Both the position numbers and the translations under genes were made by a program. The notes under the pieces were generated by a model that was not told the origin of the DNA, did not search any database, and saw only the letters and a list, made by a program, of their open reading frames with translations. A DNA stretch of 64,000 bases from Balanoglossus misakiensis (taxonomy: Eukaryota; Animalia; Hemichordata), in assembly GCA_040954595.2 (NCBI GenBank), contig CM082576.2, positions 5,120,760 through 5,184,759 on the forward strand. The letters run 5' to 3'. Below, piece by piece: positions 29,301 through 41,942 of this stretch. Position 1 is the first letter of the stretch. The number at the start of each line of letters is the position of its first letter.

Positions 29301-32300
29301 AAACACTATGATTTCTGGCATGTATTCACTAACCCTAGTCAAAGCATCAGCTGGTAAGACCTAAAAGGGAAGATAGTTGAAGTGTTGATTCCTGTGATGA
29401 TTGATAGTGTACTATGTCTCATGCACTTGTTGGAGTGCCCTTTATTGAGCCTCTAGCTTTCTATACTGGCATTCTTCCTGTATATAAAATATTTTGGATG
29501 TTTGCTTTCACTTTCCACATAATTTCTAGATGAAAGTTGAAATATCGCAATTTCCGATGTGATAAATAAAATTCTGACTTACGTTCAGTGCTGCCATGTC
29601 ACCATGGTAGTCAGCTTCCCAGTATTTGGGAAGTGATGAAAAAATGGAGTTGTCGGTGATTTCATGTCCATGATGCGTATCCAACCAGTCGGCCAGTGAG
29701 TCCTTGGCATCTTTGAGCAATACCTGAATGATTATGGTATATTTCGTGAAAAACTAGTCCACATCAATGTTTTTATTTGATGTCATTTTTTTCATTTTCT
29801 CTGATAAAAAAACAGATCAAGTTCACAAGAAAGTAATACTTATAACAGCGAGGACTGATTTCACAATGCCAATATTTAGAACCTGATTTTGCAAATCTTT
29901 TCTACTTAACAGAAAAAGATGCCTGTACCTTATCATCACAATGAACACCATACCTGCATTTTCTCCTTGATTAATTCTTGATTATCAGACCCAGTTTTCT
30001 CCAAATCATCAAAGGCAGCTGTTATTTTCTTGACAATGTTTGACAACATGGTCTTCTTGTCTGGGTCAGTTTCTGCCTCCAATTTGGTTTCAGTTGCCTG
30101 GTGTGAAAAAATCATGAATTCTTTTCTGAGTTTTATGCTTATGCACTACAGTTAAAAAATACATGAAGTGTAATTCCTCGTCAACAACACCTACATTCTC
30201 TTAGTTTGATTCACAATATACATGTACCATACAACAATATATAAAGAAATGAAAACATATTTTCTCCTACCTGAACAGCTTGTTTGACATCTTTCAAAAG
30301 TACATCTGCCGACTTGATTTTTTCAGTGTACTGTTCCATCAGATAGTTTTGACGTGCTCGTTTGATAATCTTGTCATCAATGTCAGTGATGTTCATGACA
30401 TACAGGATATCATAGTTGAAATAATCTTTCATCACTCGACGCAGAATATCAAGTGAAATATACGCTCTGAAATAAACAAATGCAGAATTTGAAATTACTT
30501 TCATGAAAGAAATATCGGTGATTCTGTGCTCCACACTGAGCTAAAATCAAACCTTATCAAGAAATTGAAACAGCCAGTGATTTGTAAAAACCTGGTTATG
30601 TTGAGCTCTCTACAGAAGTAATATCTGGTAAAATTGCATGCCAGCAATAATCATTGTAATAGTGTGATATTTTACCTTGCATGGCCCATGTGAGAGGCAT
30701 CGTAGACTGTCGGGCCACAACTATACCACAACACTTGTTTGCCATTCTGTGGGGTAAATGGCTCCTTGCGTCTTGTCAAACTGTTATAAACTAGCAGCCT
30801 GGGCTGCTCACTGCCCTCTGGTGGTTGCCATGGTGGCTGTGTCCTCTTCTTAACCTCTGCAATATGACAGTTGACCTTAAGTTGACCTTCAAACCGATTA
30901 GCTTCTTTTCAATAGTGACATGAGATAATGAATGCTGCTCCTCTTTGCGTGGTCAATAATTGTCTATCAGGCTGTTTTATCTCTTAAATCAGTTGAATGG
31001 GGCTTGTAGCATGCAAAAAACAGGTGGATGCTGTTTTTTCACTGGGTTTTTTGTTCACAAAAAGAGTGAACTCCCCCCCTTAAACTTAATGGTCTAACCC
31101 CGTTACTTTTTTCAATGGTTTGGCTGGATCTACATATTCTGGAAAGGGGAGACATGGCCGAAGAACACACTACGGTGATGTTGCGGAATGCAATTTTCAT
31201 ATATGGGACTTGGGTGGGATAATCTTTATCATGGGTACACCAACAAATTAAAGGAAAGTCCCTTCACACATGTAGAAGGGGACAGACAGACTATGAAGGC
31301 ATTTTAAAAATCTTGTCATAGTTATTTACAAGGAAAAATCTTTAGTTTCATTTTCAGTTTGTAGATATCTTGCATACTGTGGTACGTCAACTCCTTGCCG
31401 AAAATCGCCTGAATTACATTTCTTATGAAAATCAGAGTCACTGTACTGAAAATGAAACTGAAATCAGATATAAAAACAGACTGAGCTTAAATAAAAATGA
31501 AACTTCCAAAATGAGGGAAAACAACGTGAAACTGCCAAACAAGTTATCTCATGTATTGGTTTTACCAAAAATGGTCTGTACACATTTCTCTGGCAAATTG
31601 CAAGTAATTTGAAGAACCGAAAGAAATTTCACAGTCTTCCCCGACTTCAGTTTGAAAATGTGAAACTTTGGCAATGTTTGTCTAATGAATCTAAGAATGC
31701 AAGCCATTACATGGAAATCAGGATTCAATTGGAAATGACACAAATTATGATGCCCCAAAATTGAGCACATTGAAATTTTCGAATGACTTGTTACATTTTT
31801 GCTACATGTATATCCTTCCCAAATCGATAAAAAAAATTAAATCAAGATCGAGGACGTATTAAAAGAGCAAAATCAAAATCAGGCTGTTACCTTTGGTTGT
31901 CATCTCACAAAGCCAGTCAGTCCTTTGTCATATGAATTCAGATTCAATCAGGTGTTTGTGAGAATGACAACCAAAGGTAACAGCCATGATTTGATTTTGC
32001 TCTTTTCAATACAGTCAACTGCTACCTAGTTTATATATACTTTTTATAGTATTCGGTCTGCTCTCATTGGCTGCGTCCAATTTAGGAATGAATTGTATTT
32101 TGACCCCCGGACTCAACTTCAAACTACACATAACTACGTGTAGTTTCACTTTTGGTTCAACAAGGAAGTAAAAGATCTTCACCAAGTGTTATGAAATTAC
32201 AGGAGGGAAATCTTATTTCTTGTAATGTTTTCCGACTTAATTGTTCACACATGCATTTCAGCTTCTAAGTACGAAAATGACCATTCAAACAGATATCAGT

Positions 32301-34971
32301 CACTTATCTACATGTATGAAAAATAGGCAATTGAAATGTCTGCGTAACCACAGTCCCTGTGATAGTGGGACTGTGGTGTAACACAGTGCCATTCAATAAC
32401 TCTTCAAAGGAAAGGAAAAGAAACAAAATGACATCTTACCTTGAATTCCTGTCTTTGCGATTCTTCCCGCATCAAAAATGGACACGAAACAGTTTCAAAA
32501 CGGTGACAGATAATTACATCGGGTTGCTGATAAGAGCCTGCAGCTGTCAAAAACTGGCTGTGTTGCCTTGTCTAAAACAAATGTCTCAAACAAATCATCC
32601 CCTCCACGACAACCCTGAATTGGTACTTGTTTTTGCGTTTGCTTTATCAAGTTACTTGAGAAGGCATTTGTATAACATTTGCAAGCTATACTTTCATCTT
32701 GTATGTTTGATTTTTTTCTCTTTCGCTTTGATCAATAATGGTATATTTTGAGAGAACTTCATGACCCGCAGACCTTTGCATGCCTCTGCATACACACCAT
32801 TTTTTAATGAGTGGTGTGGCGCATTCTTTTCTGTGGCAGTACTTATAATAACAATTAAGTGCAGCAGGACAATGTAGTTGCATCACAGATGAAAATAACT
32901 TGGGTCAGTTTCTAAGTAGTGCGGTCCAGTTTCATTTTGCCAGCAACAACATGCAGTACATTTGTAATAAAGTATCGGGTTCACTGGGACAGGTATTTTT
33001 TCTTTCACTTTGTCATTGATGAATAATGGACCTTGTTGTGGAGGTTAAAAATGCCACACCCAGTCCATTGCAATTGGCCTGTTGGCCTACTGTTACCTGT
33101 TTGGTGACAGTAGGCAAAGAACTAAAACCTAACATTCATATATCGTCACAAAATAACACATCCACACTCACCTACTGACACATATAGGTACACACACTCA
33201 TGAATGAAGGGATGGATGGATGGATGGACAGACAGACAGAAAGACAGATGGATGGACTAACACACAGTGATAATACTGGCTCTCCAGTGTGCAAAATACC
33301 TTTAAGTTTGCTGTAATGGTTAAAACTTTACACATTTGAATTTTAATCCAAACACTTTGGCCAAACATGATCACTTTGAAATAAGGATAAAACAAAGTAC
33401 CTGCTCTGAGTTATTGACAAACGGATCAACGTGTGCCACATTTAGACCATCGATGACGACATCATAGGGTTCACTCTCATCAACAAACTGTATAAATGCT
33501 TCCAGCTCTTCTGGTGAGGTCTTCAGAAATATATCTTTACATTTTATCACCTGAAAGTACATTACAAGTATTACTGTTATTCACCTGAATAAGTCAACCT
33601 TATTTGTATGAATGATCATAAATTCTGTTTATGACTAATTACCTTTTCCATGACTTCATCATGAATCATTTCAAACTCTTCATCAGACAGCACCAACTTT
33701 TCCAATTTGGTGCCACAGGTATCGCACCTTCCATCTTCATCAATGCCAGTGTAACCAGCCCTCCACTTCTCATTAGATTTACTGTTGAGAAAATATCAAA
33801 TAACTTCAATTGTTTTTCAAAGTTCAGTATGGCTGCTAATATTATAAAATGTGGCAACAGCTTTGGCTGAGACACCTTCCAATGTATGAAGACCAGCATA
33901 ATCTCAACTTTTGAAACTAGCTTTTATTGAATTAAGCCAGTATGCCTGGCCTACTTACCTTTTAAACCATGCTATCAACTCATACCCAACCTGCTTGGGT
34001 GGATAAATTAATTCTCTTCTCCAGTGTTGAATCAGTTCATGAACCATGCGTTCACTCCTCTGAATAACATTCCCATCATCAGTATAACAGCTGAAACTCC
34101 TGATTACAGCCATCATGGCTGCTTCATCCATCGTTACATTTTCTCTGATCATCTCTACGAGTAGTTTCTCCCCAAGTTCAAGGTGTCCATGTTTGAGGAC
34201 AGTCACCAGGAGCTGACAGTAGTTCCTACTTGATGCTGCATTGAGTGCCTTTAACTGTTCAAAGAACGCGATGCTTTGCTTCCACGAATCAGTTTTGCAG
34301 AATCCATCGATGAGAACACCGAGTGTTGCCGCCGGCAGTGTCGGATGCATTTCTTTAAGTGTTTCGTAAGTCTTGAACATCTCATCAAAATGATCATTCA
34401 CAACACACAGAGACAGAAAATTGTGAAGAGCCCCCTCATCCACTCTGATGCCCTTTTCCCCCATGAAGTTCAGCATAGACTTGGCTTTCTTTATATGCCC
34501 CAAGCTGACAAATTTCCCCATCATGCCGACAAAATAGCGTGGATTTCCTGTCCACCTCTCCTGCCACTCTGTCACAGAGAGATACCCATCTGGCTCATCA
34601 TCGAAATTGACATAGTTCGGTTTCTTTGCAGATCTGGTGTTTACGTCATCTCTTTGTGGATTCAACACTGCTTTTGGAATAAGTCTGGGTTTTTTGTGAT
34701 GTCCACCAGCTTGCCACTTTCTACTGCTCCAGTTGAGCTGCCTTTTGTCATTCTCTTCAGACTTTCTTTGAACGTAATTTACATTCCCAACTTTCTTCTG
34801 AAAAATATCTGATGATGTAGAAACTGTTCTTTGCTGTGACCAGGACACTTGTTGTAAGAAACACAGAACTGGTGATACCTTGGCTATTCTACAATGTCCA
34901 ATTCTATATGGTACACTGTACTTCATTGGTTGCCATAAATGCAACAAATGTCTACCAAAGGTTGACATCAT
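23368..34971 (-). CDS. PRORP: protein-only RNase P catalytic subunit (MRPP3/KIAA0391): PPR + zinc-binding + NYN domains
   Basis: Coding exons 34971-33959, 33781-33643, 33550-33401, 24381-24230, 23927-23735, 23499-23368 = 1779 nt, 592 aa. Basic N-terminus, PPR-like helices, [65 protein letters not shown] at 23349-23344. A non-coding first exon has its donor at ~35197. Confidence 0.93.
25452..30856 (-). CDS. CARS1: cytoplasmic cysteinyl-tRNA synthetase, nested in PRORP intron; start exon uncertain (31903-31891 and/or 32472-32440)
   Basis: 15 in-frame exons: 30856-30676, 30466-30271, 30097-29954, 29723-29583, 29360-29272, 28915-28681, 28356-28228, 28042-27809, 27588-27491, 27353-27164, 26838-26770, 26606-26525, 26280-26132, 25983-25840, 25583-25452. 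Motifs: [63 protein letters not shown]. Confidence 0.97.
31856..32012. repeat. inverted repeat / hairpin (MITE-like)
   Basis: The left arm (31856-31911) and right arm (31955-32012) are near-perfect reverse complements with a few 1-nt indels, separated by a 43-nt loop. Confidence 0.88.
33209..33256 (+). repeat. compound (GATG)n/(GACA)n microsatellite
   Basis: GGATGGATGGATGGATGGACAGACAGACAGAAAGACAGATGGATGGA. Confidence 0.85.
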
Positions 34972-35197
34972 TTAAAACCTGGAAAACATATTAAAAAGCA
35001 GTTATTGATAACTTTGTCGGTTTTAAATTTTTGATCACAAATAATATGTCATGTGTAGTAGCAACCTTCAGTGTTATACATAGCTAGCCTAATAAAAGCA
35101 TATACTAGTGTATTAGTCCCATTATTTGAACTGAAAAATATACATTGTATGTGACTCTACGTCTTACTTAACATATTCAAAGGTAGCTGTATCTTAC

Positions 35198-35588
35198 CGT
35201 TATCAAACAACTTTAGTGGTAAACAACGATGCACTTTCCCTCTTCACGCGATCACGGTTTCGGATCAAAACGCACGTGTAAATTGTAAACAGTAAGCTGC
35301 AGACGACGGGGTCAACCATTCACCTTTTACCTTTGACCTCGATAGTCTGTCTTCTAGCATATGATTTGATTGGCCACTGTCATGGGAAGTCTGGCGAAAT
35401 GGCCAATCACAGAGTAGTTTTCAACATTCTTTTCCCATAGTTCCATGTGAAATTGTACCGGAAATAAGCGTTTCAAATTGCTTATTTTTTGTGTACAGCG
35501 GCTGTGTGTTTTGTAACTCCGTTCGCAATCGAATTTCGAGTTGACTTGAGAAAATTCGAAGTCATGCTGTGTTTAAATTAGAACGACG
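35198..35588. promoter_or_regulatory. bidirectional promoter PRORP/PPP2R3C
   Basis: Divergent genes. Oppositely oriented CCAAT boxes TGATTGGCCA (35367-35376) and TGGCCAATCA (35400-35409); ETS-like ACCGGAAAT at ~35457. Confidence 0.7.
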
Positions 35589-36178
35589 ATGGACTGGGTT
35601 CAAAAATTAAAGCGCTACAACGAAAGAAAAGAAGGAGGAAGAGGTATGTTTTCATCACAATTTTTCGCCATCATTCCATAGCATGATCAATCAAGTTGCC
35701 TACTTTTCGTACATTTTTAGATTGCCAAGGTTGTCAGCAACTATTTTTTTGCACGACTTTAGAGTATTAATCTTGCTATCCTAAAAGACGGGTACAGTAC
35801 TTTCTTTGACGTGGTCATTCTATATCTTCTGAATTATTTCTCAAGACAAAATAGCAAGATTTTAAATGTGATGGAACGTGTTGGTACTTGCTAATGAAGT
35901 AACGTCTCCCGGTCTCTCGGACATGTCGGGTCCGTACTCAGTGTACCGTGATTATGGACGATTTACATGTAATGTTTTCACCTTTCACTAACAAACACGG
36001 TCTGACTTGACAGGTAGGCCAACTGAGAGCGAGATCAGAACTGAAGAAACTGAAGAATTTAGCAAAATTTACAATGAATGTAAAGGACCAGTGAAGAGTA
36101 ATCATCAAAGTTATTCTTCAATCCCTAGATTCTACTACAAGGTGCGTTCACAGCTTGTTGATGATATTACCCAGATGG

Positions 36179-36217
<39 letters not shown>

Positions 36218-38952
36218 GTTTGAGTTAGTGCAACAACATAACACATGAATTAAAATATTATCAAGAATAGAGTGACTTGCTCCATTTAAGGTGAATATTG
36301 TCTGAAGCTTCAGTTCTTGTTTTATTCCCAGCTTCCTGCTGAAGATGAAGTTTTGTTGCAGAAACTGAGGGAGGAATCCAGAGCTGTTTTTCTGCAAAGA
36401 AGAAGCAGAGAATTACTTGATAATGATGAATTACAGGTACAAAAGTATTAATCAAATGCATATACTTCCTGATGTCAGTCAAATTTTGAAATACATGTAA
36501 GAAATATGCTGTATAAAATCAAAATTGAATTTTCTTTATAATGCTGCAATATCTTAGAACACATAAAATATCAAGCAGATTATGTTTTGATTAATTTATG
36601 ATGTTGTCTCAAATCTAGAATCTGTGGTTCTTGCTGGACAAGCACCACACTCCACCATTGGTTGGTGAGGATCAGATGATCAACTATGAAGACTTCCTAA
36701 AAGTTGCTGAGGAGGCAGGGCCAAAGTGCAAGTAGGTATTTGTACTGGAAATGTCTATAGGAAAAGTAAAAAGTGAAAATGAGAAATGAGGTTTTTTCTA
36801 CTTACTCTGTGAGAAATTTTTAACTATGTCATGCAAATGCTTATGATTGATTTTATTAAATTATTGATATGATAGAGTCACTCACACACTCTGTTTTCTT
36901 TTTTGCCAGGCCTTTCTTTACAGCCACTGTGTTCAGCAAACTGCTACAAATTGATCCCTATGGCCGGATTTCTATCATGCAGTTCTTCAACTATGTGATG
37001 AGGAAAGTGTGGCTTCACCAGACTAGAATAGGTCTCAGTCTCTATGACGTGGCAGGCCAGGGATACCTCAAGGAATCAGTAAGTCAACATATCCAACAAA
37101 GCCATTATTGTCGGGATTGTAAATTGGTTTACTGCAGAATGAGAGCCTTGGTTTTGGTTAACTGTGTTCATATTTACCATTCTTCTAACCTCTTTATGCT
37201 TTGTAGGACTTGGAGAATTACATTCTTGAGTTGATTCCCACACTTCCACAATTAGATGGACTGGAAAAATCCTTCTACTCATTTTATGTCTGTACAGCTG
37301 TTCGGAAGTTTTTCTTTTTCCTTGATCCCATGCGCACTGGTAAGAAATGTTTATTTTTATCGCTTAATTTTCTGTTATTTTCTGCATATTGTTTTGAAAC
37401 CTCCCAGTTCAAAACTTGAAATCATATCAGTTATTGTCAACATTACTTTTATTCATCACTCAACATTTATTTCTTCATTCAGGTAAAATCAAGATCCAAG
37501 ATATTTTAGCTTGTAGTTTCCTCGACGATTTGCTAGAATTACGAGATGAAGATTTACCAAAAGATGCACAGGATTCCAATTGGTTTTCAGCACCATCAGC
37601 ACTCAGGGTATATGGTAAGAATATCATTTCTTTTACTTGCCAAAGAATCAGCGACTACATTCTATTAATGACTTCAGTGGTACAAATCGGACATACACAC
37701 CAGTACTTGTGGCATTACTGCTGTCTGCAATTTATTTGTACAGCACAACAAGTGGAATGGGCCTGTTTTAGAGGTTTGCAGTGAAGTAGCAATATTTTGA
37801 TAAGTCCCTGTTTTGTTGTTGTGTGTAGGCCAGTACTTGAACTTAGACAAAGATCACAATGGAATGCTGAGTAAAGACGAACTGTCACGCTACGGCACTG
37901 GTACTTTGACGGATGTCTTTCTTGAACGGGTTTTCCAAGAATGTCTGACATATGATGGTGAAATGGTAAGTCTTTTTATTGAAGTAAAACCATGCAAAGT
38001 TATGGGTGTGTTCTCATCCATGGTGACAATAGGGAGGGGGGGGGGGGGGGGGGGGTTCCACAATATGCCCTCAGGTTTTATATACAACAAACAATGGGGT
38101 TTGGCATTTGGCCGATAGGGGGCGCTTTTTATCCGACTAAGTATGGTGTATAGACTTCAGCTTGTGTTTCTTGTGAATTCTCACTAAGCTTCCAATTTTC
38201 TGTGCAACACAGGATTACAAGACATATTTGGACTTTGTGTTGGCCCTTGAGAACCGCAAAGAAGCACAGGCATTGCAGTATGTCTTCAAGCTGTTGGATG
38301 TGCAGAGCCGTGGTTACTTGAATGTCTTTGCGCTCAATTACTTTTTCAGGGTGAGTTCTGTTGTTTTATGGAAAAGGAACATCTGGAATGAGCTTACTGA
38401 TTTTTTATATGCTTCATATTTTCAGCTATCTGGTATTTACCTCAAGAATTCAAGTTTAAAAAAATAGGAGAAATAGTGCATACTTTGTGAATTTAATTGA
38501 AGGATAATCATGAATGTCACTATTGTTGTCAACAGGCGATTCAAGAACAGATGAAAATGCATGGTCAGGAGCCAGTATCATTTGCAGATGTGAAGGATGA
38601 AATCTTTGACATGGTCAAACCGGCAGATCCATTGAAGATTACTCTCCAAGACTTGATAAATAGGTATGTTCTTGTATTGTTAGAGTTTTCTTTATCATGA
38701 TTACTGTTAGAGTTTTATGAAAAACCCAGGGGTCTTTGTACTCTGGATGTACAGGTACTCATTGAGTCAAGTAGTTGTCAATTTCTTATCTGTTGTCTTT
38801 TTGTTAAATGAACTTTTTTGTCTGTTGGCAGTGGTCAAGGAGAAACTGTAACCAGTATTCTCATCGACTTGAATGGATTCTGGACCTATGAAAACCGAGA
38901 AGTACTTGTTGCAGAAGCCAACTCCGAGGAACCTCAGGAGCAAGAAGTGTGA
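35589..38952 (+). CDS. PPP2R3C: protein phosphatase 2A regulatory subunit B'' gamma
   Basis: 11 exons: 35589-35643, 36014-36141, 36332-36436, 36619-36731, 36910-37078, 37207-37339, 37483-37614, 37829-37965, 38213-38350, 38536-38663, 38832-38952 = 1359 nt, 452 aa. Motifs: IPRFYYKLP, LREESRAVFLQRRSRELLDN, VWLHQTRIGLSLYDVAGQGYL, EF-hand DKDHNGMLSKDEL, DLNGFWTYENRE. Confidence 0.97.
36178..36214 (+). repeat. (GAT)n trinucleotide microsatellite
   Basis: ~12 GAT/TGA units in PPP2R3C intron 2. Confidence 0.95.
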
Positions 38953-41942
38953 TGGTCACATGACAGACACCTGACTGTCACATGATGCTTTGCAGAGTGT
39001 GATGCTACTAGCATGTCACTGTAACGTTGTAGACTTGCTTTCAAATGGGCTTGGCAGACAGTTACAAACACATTCTTCTACCTTTACAGCTCACTTCGTA
39101 CGAAGGGGCAATTATGAACATTTTTGTCACAAATAACCGTCCCAGGACTTGTACATAGATAAGCGTTTGACATAGAATAATCAAAGAAGTTGCCACTTTT
39201 CACGACAATGCAAGGCCCCACACCTCCCCATATAGGCTCGACCTGGCCAGCAGTTTTCCAAAAGTCAGGTTTTGATGTCCAATGCACAATGAAAGAAGTG
39301 TGAATGGTAATCACATTTGGGGGTGTTTATTATTTGCTTTCAGATATATGGATACAGTTTGCTATCAGTAATCTGGCAGACACTACTGTATCACATATTG
39401 ACATGAGCATTCAGATCTACTCTACGAATGGTGATGTGATGGCAATTTCAAATGCACATACAGTGATTATGTACATATTTCTATCAACTTTTCAAGTAAA
39501 CCTTTTCCCCCTTTCTCAGTCCATGAAAACATGTGTTTTTATGTCATTTTGTAATAAAGTCTAGCATAAGAGCAGTGTTCTTCCATGAGTGTTGAAATGT
39601 TCTGTTAGGTGATAGACTGGTGTGTCCTTCCACACAGTTTAATCCATTTTTCCAAAGTTCTGAAACAATGGTAGACTGGAAAACCTATGGTCAACTCCCT
39701 ATGGTGGTGCTGAAGGATTTGAATAAAATTCAAAGACTGCTGATTATGAATAACCCTGGTCGTTGATTAGATTTTCATGTTTGCATTCAGTGCTCAGTGG
39801 AGTTTGGATAACTTCCCCAGGGCTCGGGTCGGGAGAAACACCCATCAGGTAATACTAATACTATTGCTTTCAGACATTTTCATCCAGAGTTTACTTAGTT
39901 CTACCAGTAGATATGCAGTACCAATGGGAAAGTAATATCTATGATGTTTTAGGACCAAGCAAACTGCTTTGCTAATTATCTTTCTGTTTAGATCACATCT
40001 GGTGTCACACCTGTAATTCCAATTATCAACATTTGACCGCTATCACTAAACTCAGCTGTGATTAACTTTGACGTGTCAACTCGACTTATTTAAACCCGCA
40101 ACAGGTGATAAGGAAGATAACGGTTATTCCTTGATCGCCATCCTCTGCTACAAAAAAGATCGGTGCAGCCAAAGCCACAATGACACACCGAAAATGATTC
40201 TTATAACTCTCGTTTTCACTGGCCAATCGAGACAGAGCGTGCATGTGCTCAGTTATTATTGTGGGAAAAAATTCTTCCGACGTTCAGAACGTCCAAGCCT
40301 CTTTTCTGTACATAACGGTGATCCGGGTTCGATACATCGTCCATTGGGTGCCGCTTACCTGAACAACAAATAGTGTTTCGCACACCTTCACTTCTAACAA
40401 TACGAAGAATTTGGTCTGTAGGCAAAGTTTCGCATTTTTTTAAAAACAAGTCTTGGCTAAATTACTCCCCCTGTAACCGAATATTAAATCCACTCAACCA
40501 TGTAGGCTGTATGCCAGACCTCACCTGTGAAATGAAATGCTGGGTACAATTTCTCTGGAGCTGTATTTAATGCGCATTACAGCGACGTGGAAGATACGGG
40601 GCTAATTATTTTAATGCGTACACGAACCTGGTATTTTGATGAGTTCGACTGAACTCGGCTTCGTGGCGACAGCATTGATCTTGACATTAGTCGCTTTGTC
40701 GGCATCCACAACAAACTAATGTGTTTGGTTTGTTCTTAGGTAAACCCTCGGGGTAAACCAAACGGTGACCCCACCAGGTCGACCACTGAACATCGTGTCA
40801 AGTAAATACTAGTACACTGAACTGACGACGCAAGGCAAACTTTTTTTATTCCTTGCACGAATGCCTTGCAGCGTCGAGTCGGTCTCTGTGTGCAGAGTAG
40901 ACTTGCATATCAGCCTCTCGGATACAGTTCTCAATTGTGGCCCGATTTAAACTCTTTTACAACTGTGCTTTTGTTAATAAAACACCGAGACGTTGAAATC
41001 ACCACCGCTATTCAGGCCTGGATCACTCAATTCTATTAGCGTTTTCCCTAATCGTGTCAACGTGCCTGAAAAGAGTAGGCGATGGTCGGTTGTCAACCAT
41101 ATCGCTGCTGAAAATAAGTTGGGTTTGGATCGGACAATATCATTGTCACTTTGTTCATTCATCCTGTGAAACTCAATTATCGGAGAGGTCTCCAAAGATT
41201 AAGATAGACCGTCGCTGACACAGGCGGAACCGAACGTACAGGTGCGTAACACAGCAACGAAGAAAACTAGTAGTTGTGTGACGTTTTCGCTCATTGCCCG
41301 AAATCTAGATTCCGGGACTAATTACCCTTTGATTTATGAATCGCACCTGTTGATCACGTGGATACTTCGTCTATCGACAGCTGTGTGATTGATTTTGAGC
41401 CGTGCATATTATTCACGACTTTATTTTCATTGTAGCCGTACAATCGATAGGAACCAATCAGCCGAAAACGCGTTGAGTATGAACTGAGGCTATTCACGGC
41501 AAGGCGTGATGGGTGAATATAAGGTCTGCTAGCTCTAGGATCTGGTTCTATCATGAAATCTTCGTGAGTGCACCATAGGGATGGGACCACTGCGCCGTAT
41601 TGTTGGAGATCTCCTAGGCGATCCGCACTGCCCAGTTGCTATCTAGCACTTCGCGAGGAATTCTTTTCAGGAACAGTGGTAGAAAAGAAATAGGCTCAAG
41701 ATTTAGGAATTTCAAGACCAGTTACTGGTATATGAATCGCAAAATGGCACAGAAAACGAACAATTTGGCTGGATTTTGACAGTAAGTTTATTTCTCACTG
41801 AAGTTGACGACTCCGGGACCGCACAGCAGTGAGCCTCTACCAGTTGTGGACCCTGTGGATATATAACGGGTGAGAAGACATCGGCTTGCTCATAGACCGA
41901 TTCGTTCTTTTGTGCAAGTAGTATATTTGCCGTCTCAATTGG

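Noticed and set aside
33666-33899. 77-aa minus ORF and acceptor at ~33867 as a PRORP exon
   Set aside because: Wrong frame and an early stop when joined. The true exon is 33781-33643, which carries the CxxC zinc motif.
34276-34812. 178-aa plus-strand ORF
   Set aside because: Antisense shadow of the large PRORP exon; no motifs.
38033-38055. Poly-G tracts (also ~7006 and ~28085) as G-quadruplex elements
   Set aside because: Simple homopolymers scattered in introns; nothing suggests function.
40315-40345. B-box-like GGGTTCGATAC suggesting a tRNA gene
   Set aside because: No A-box or cloverleaf; at most a SINE remnant.
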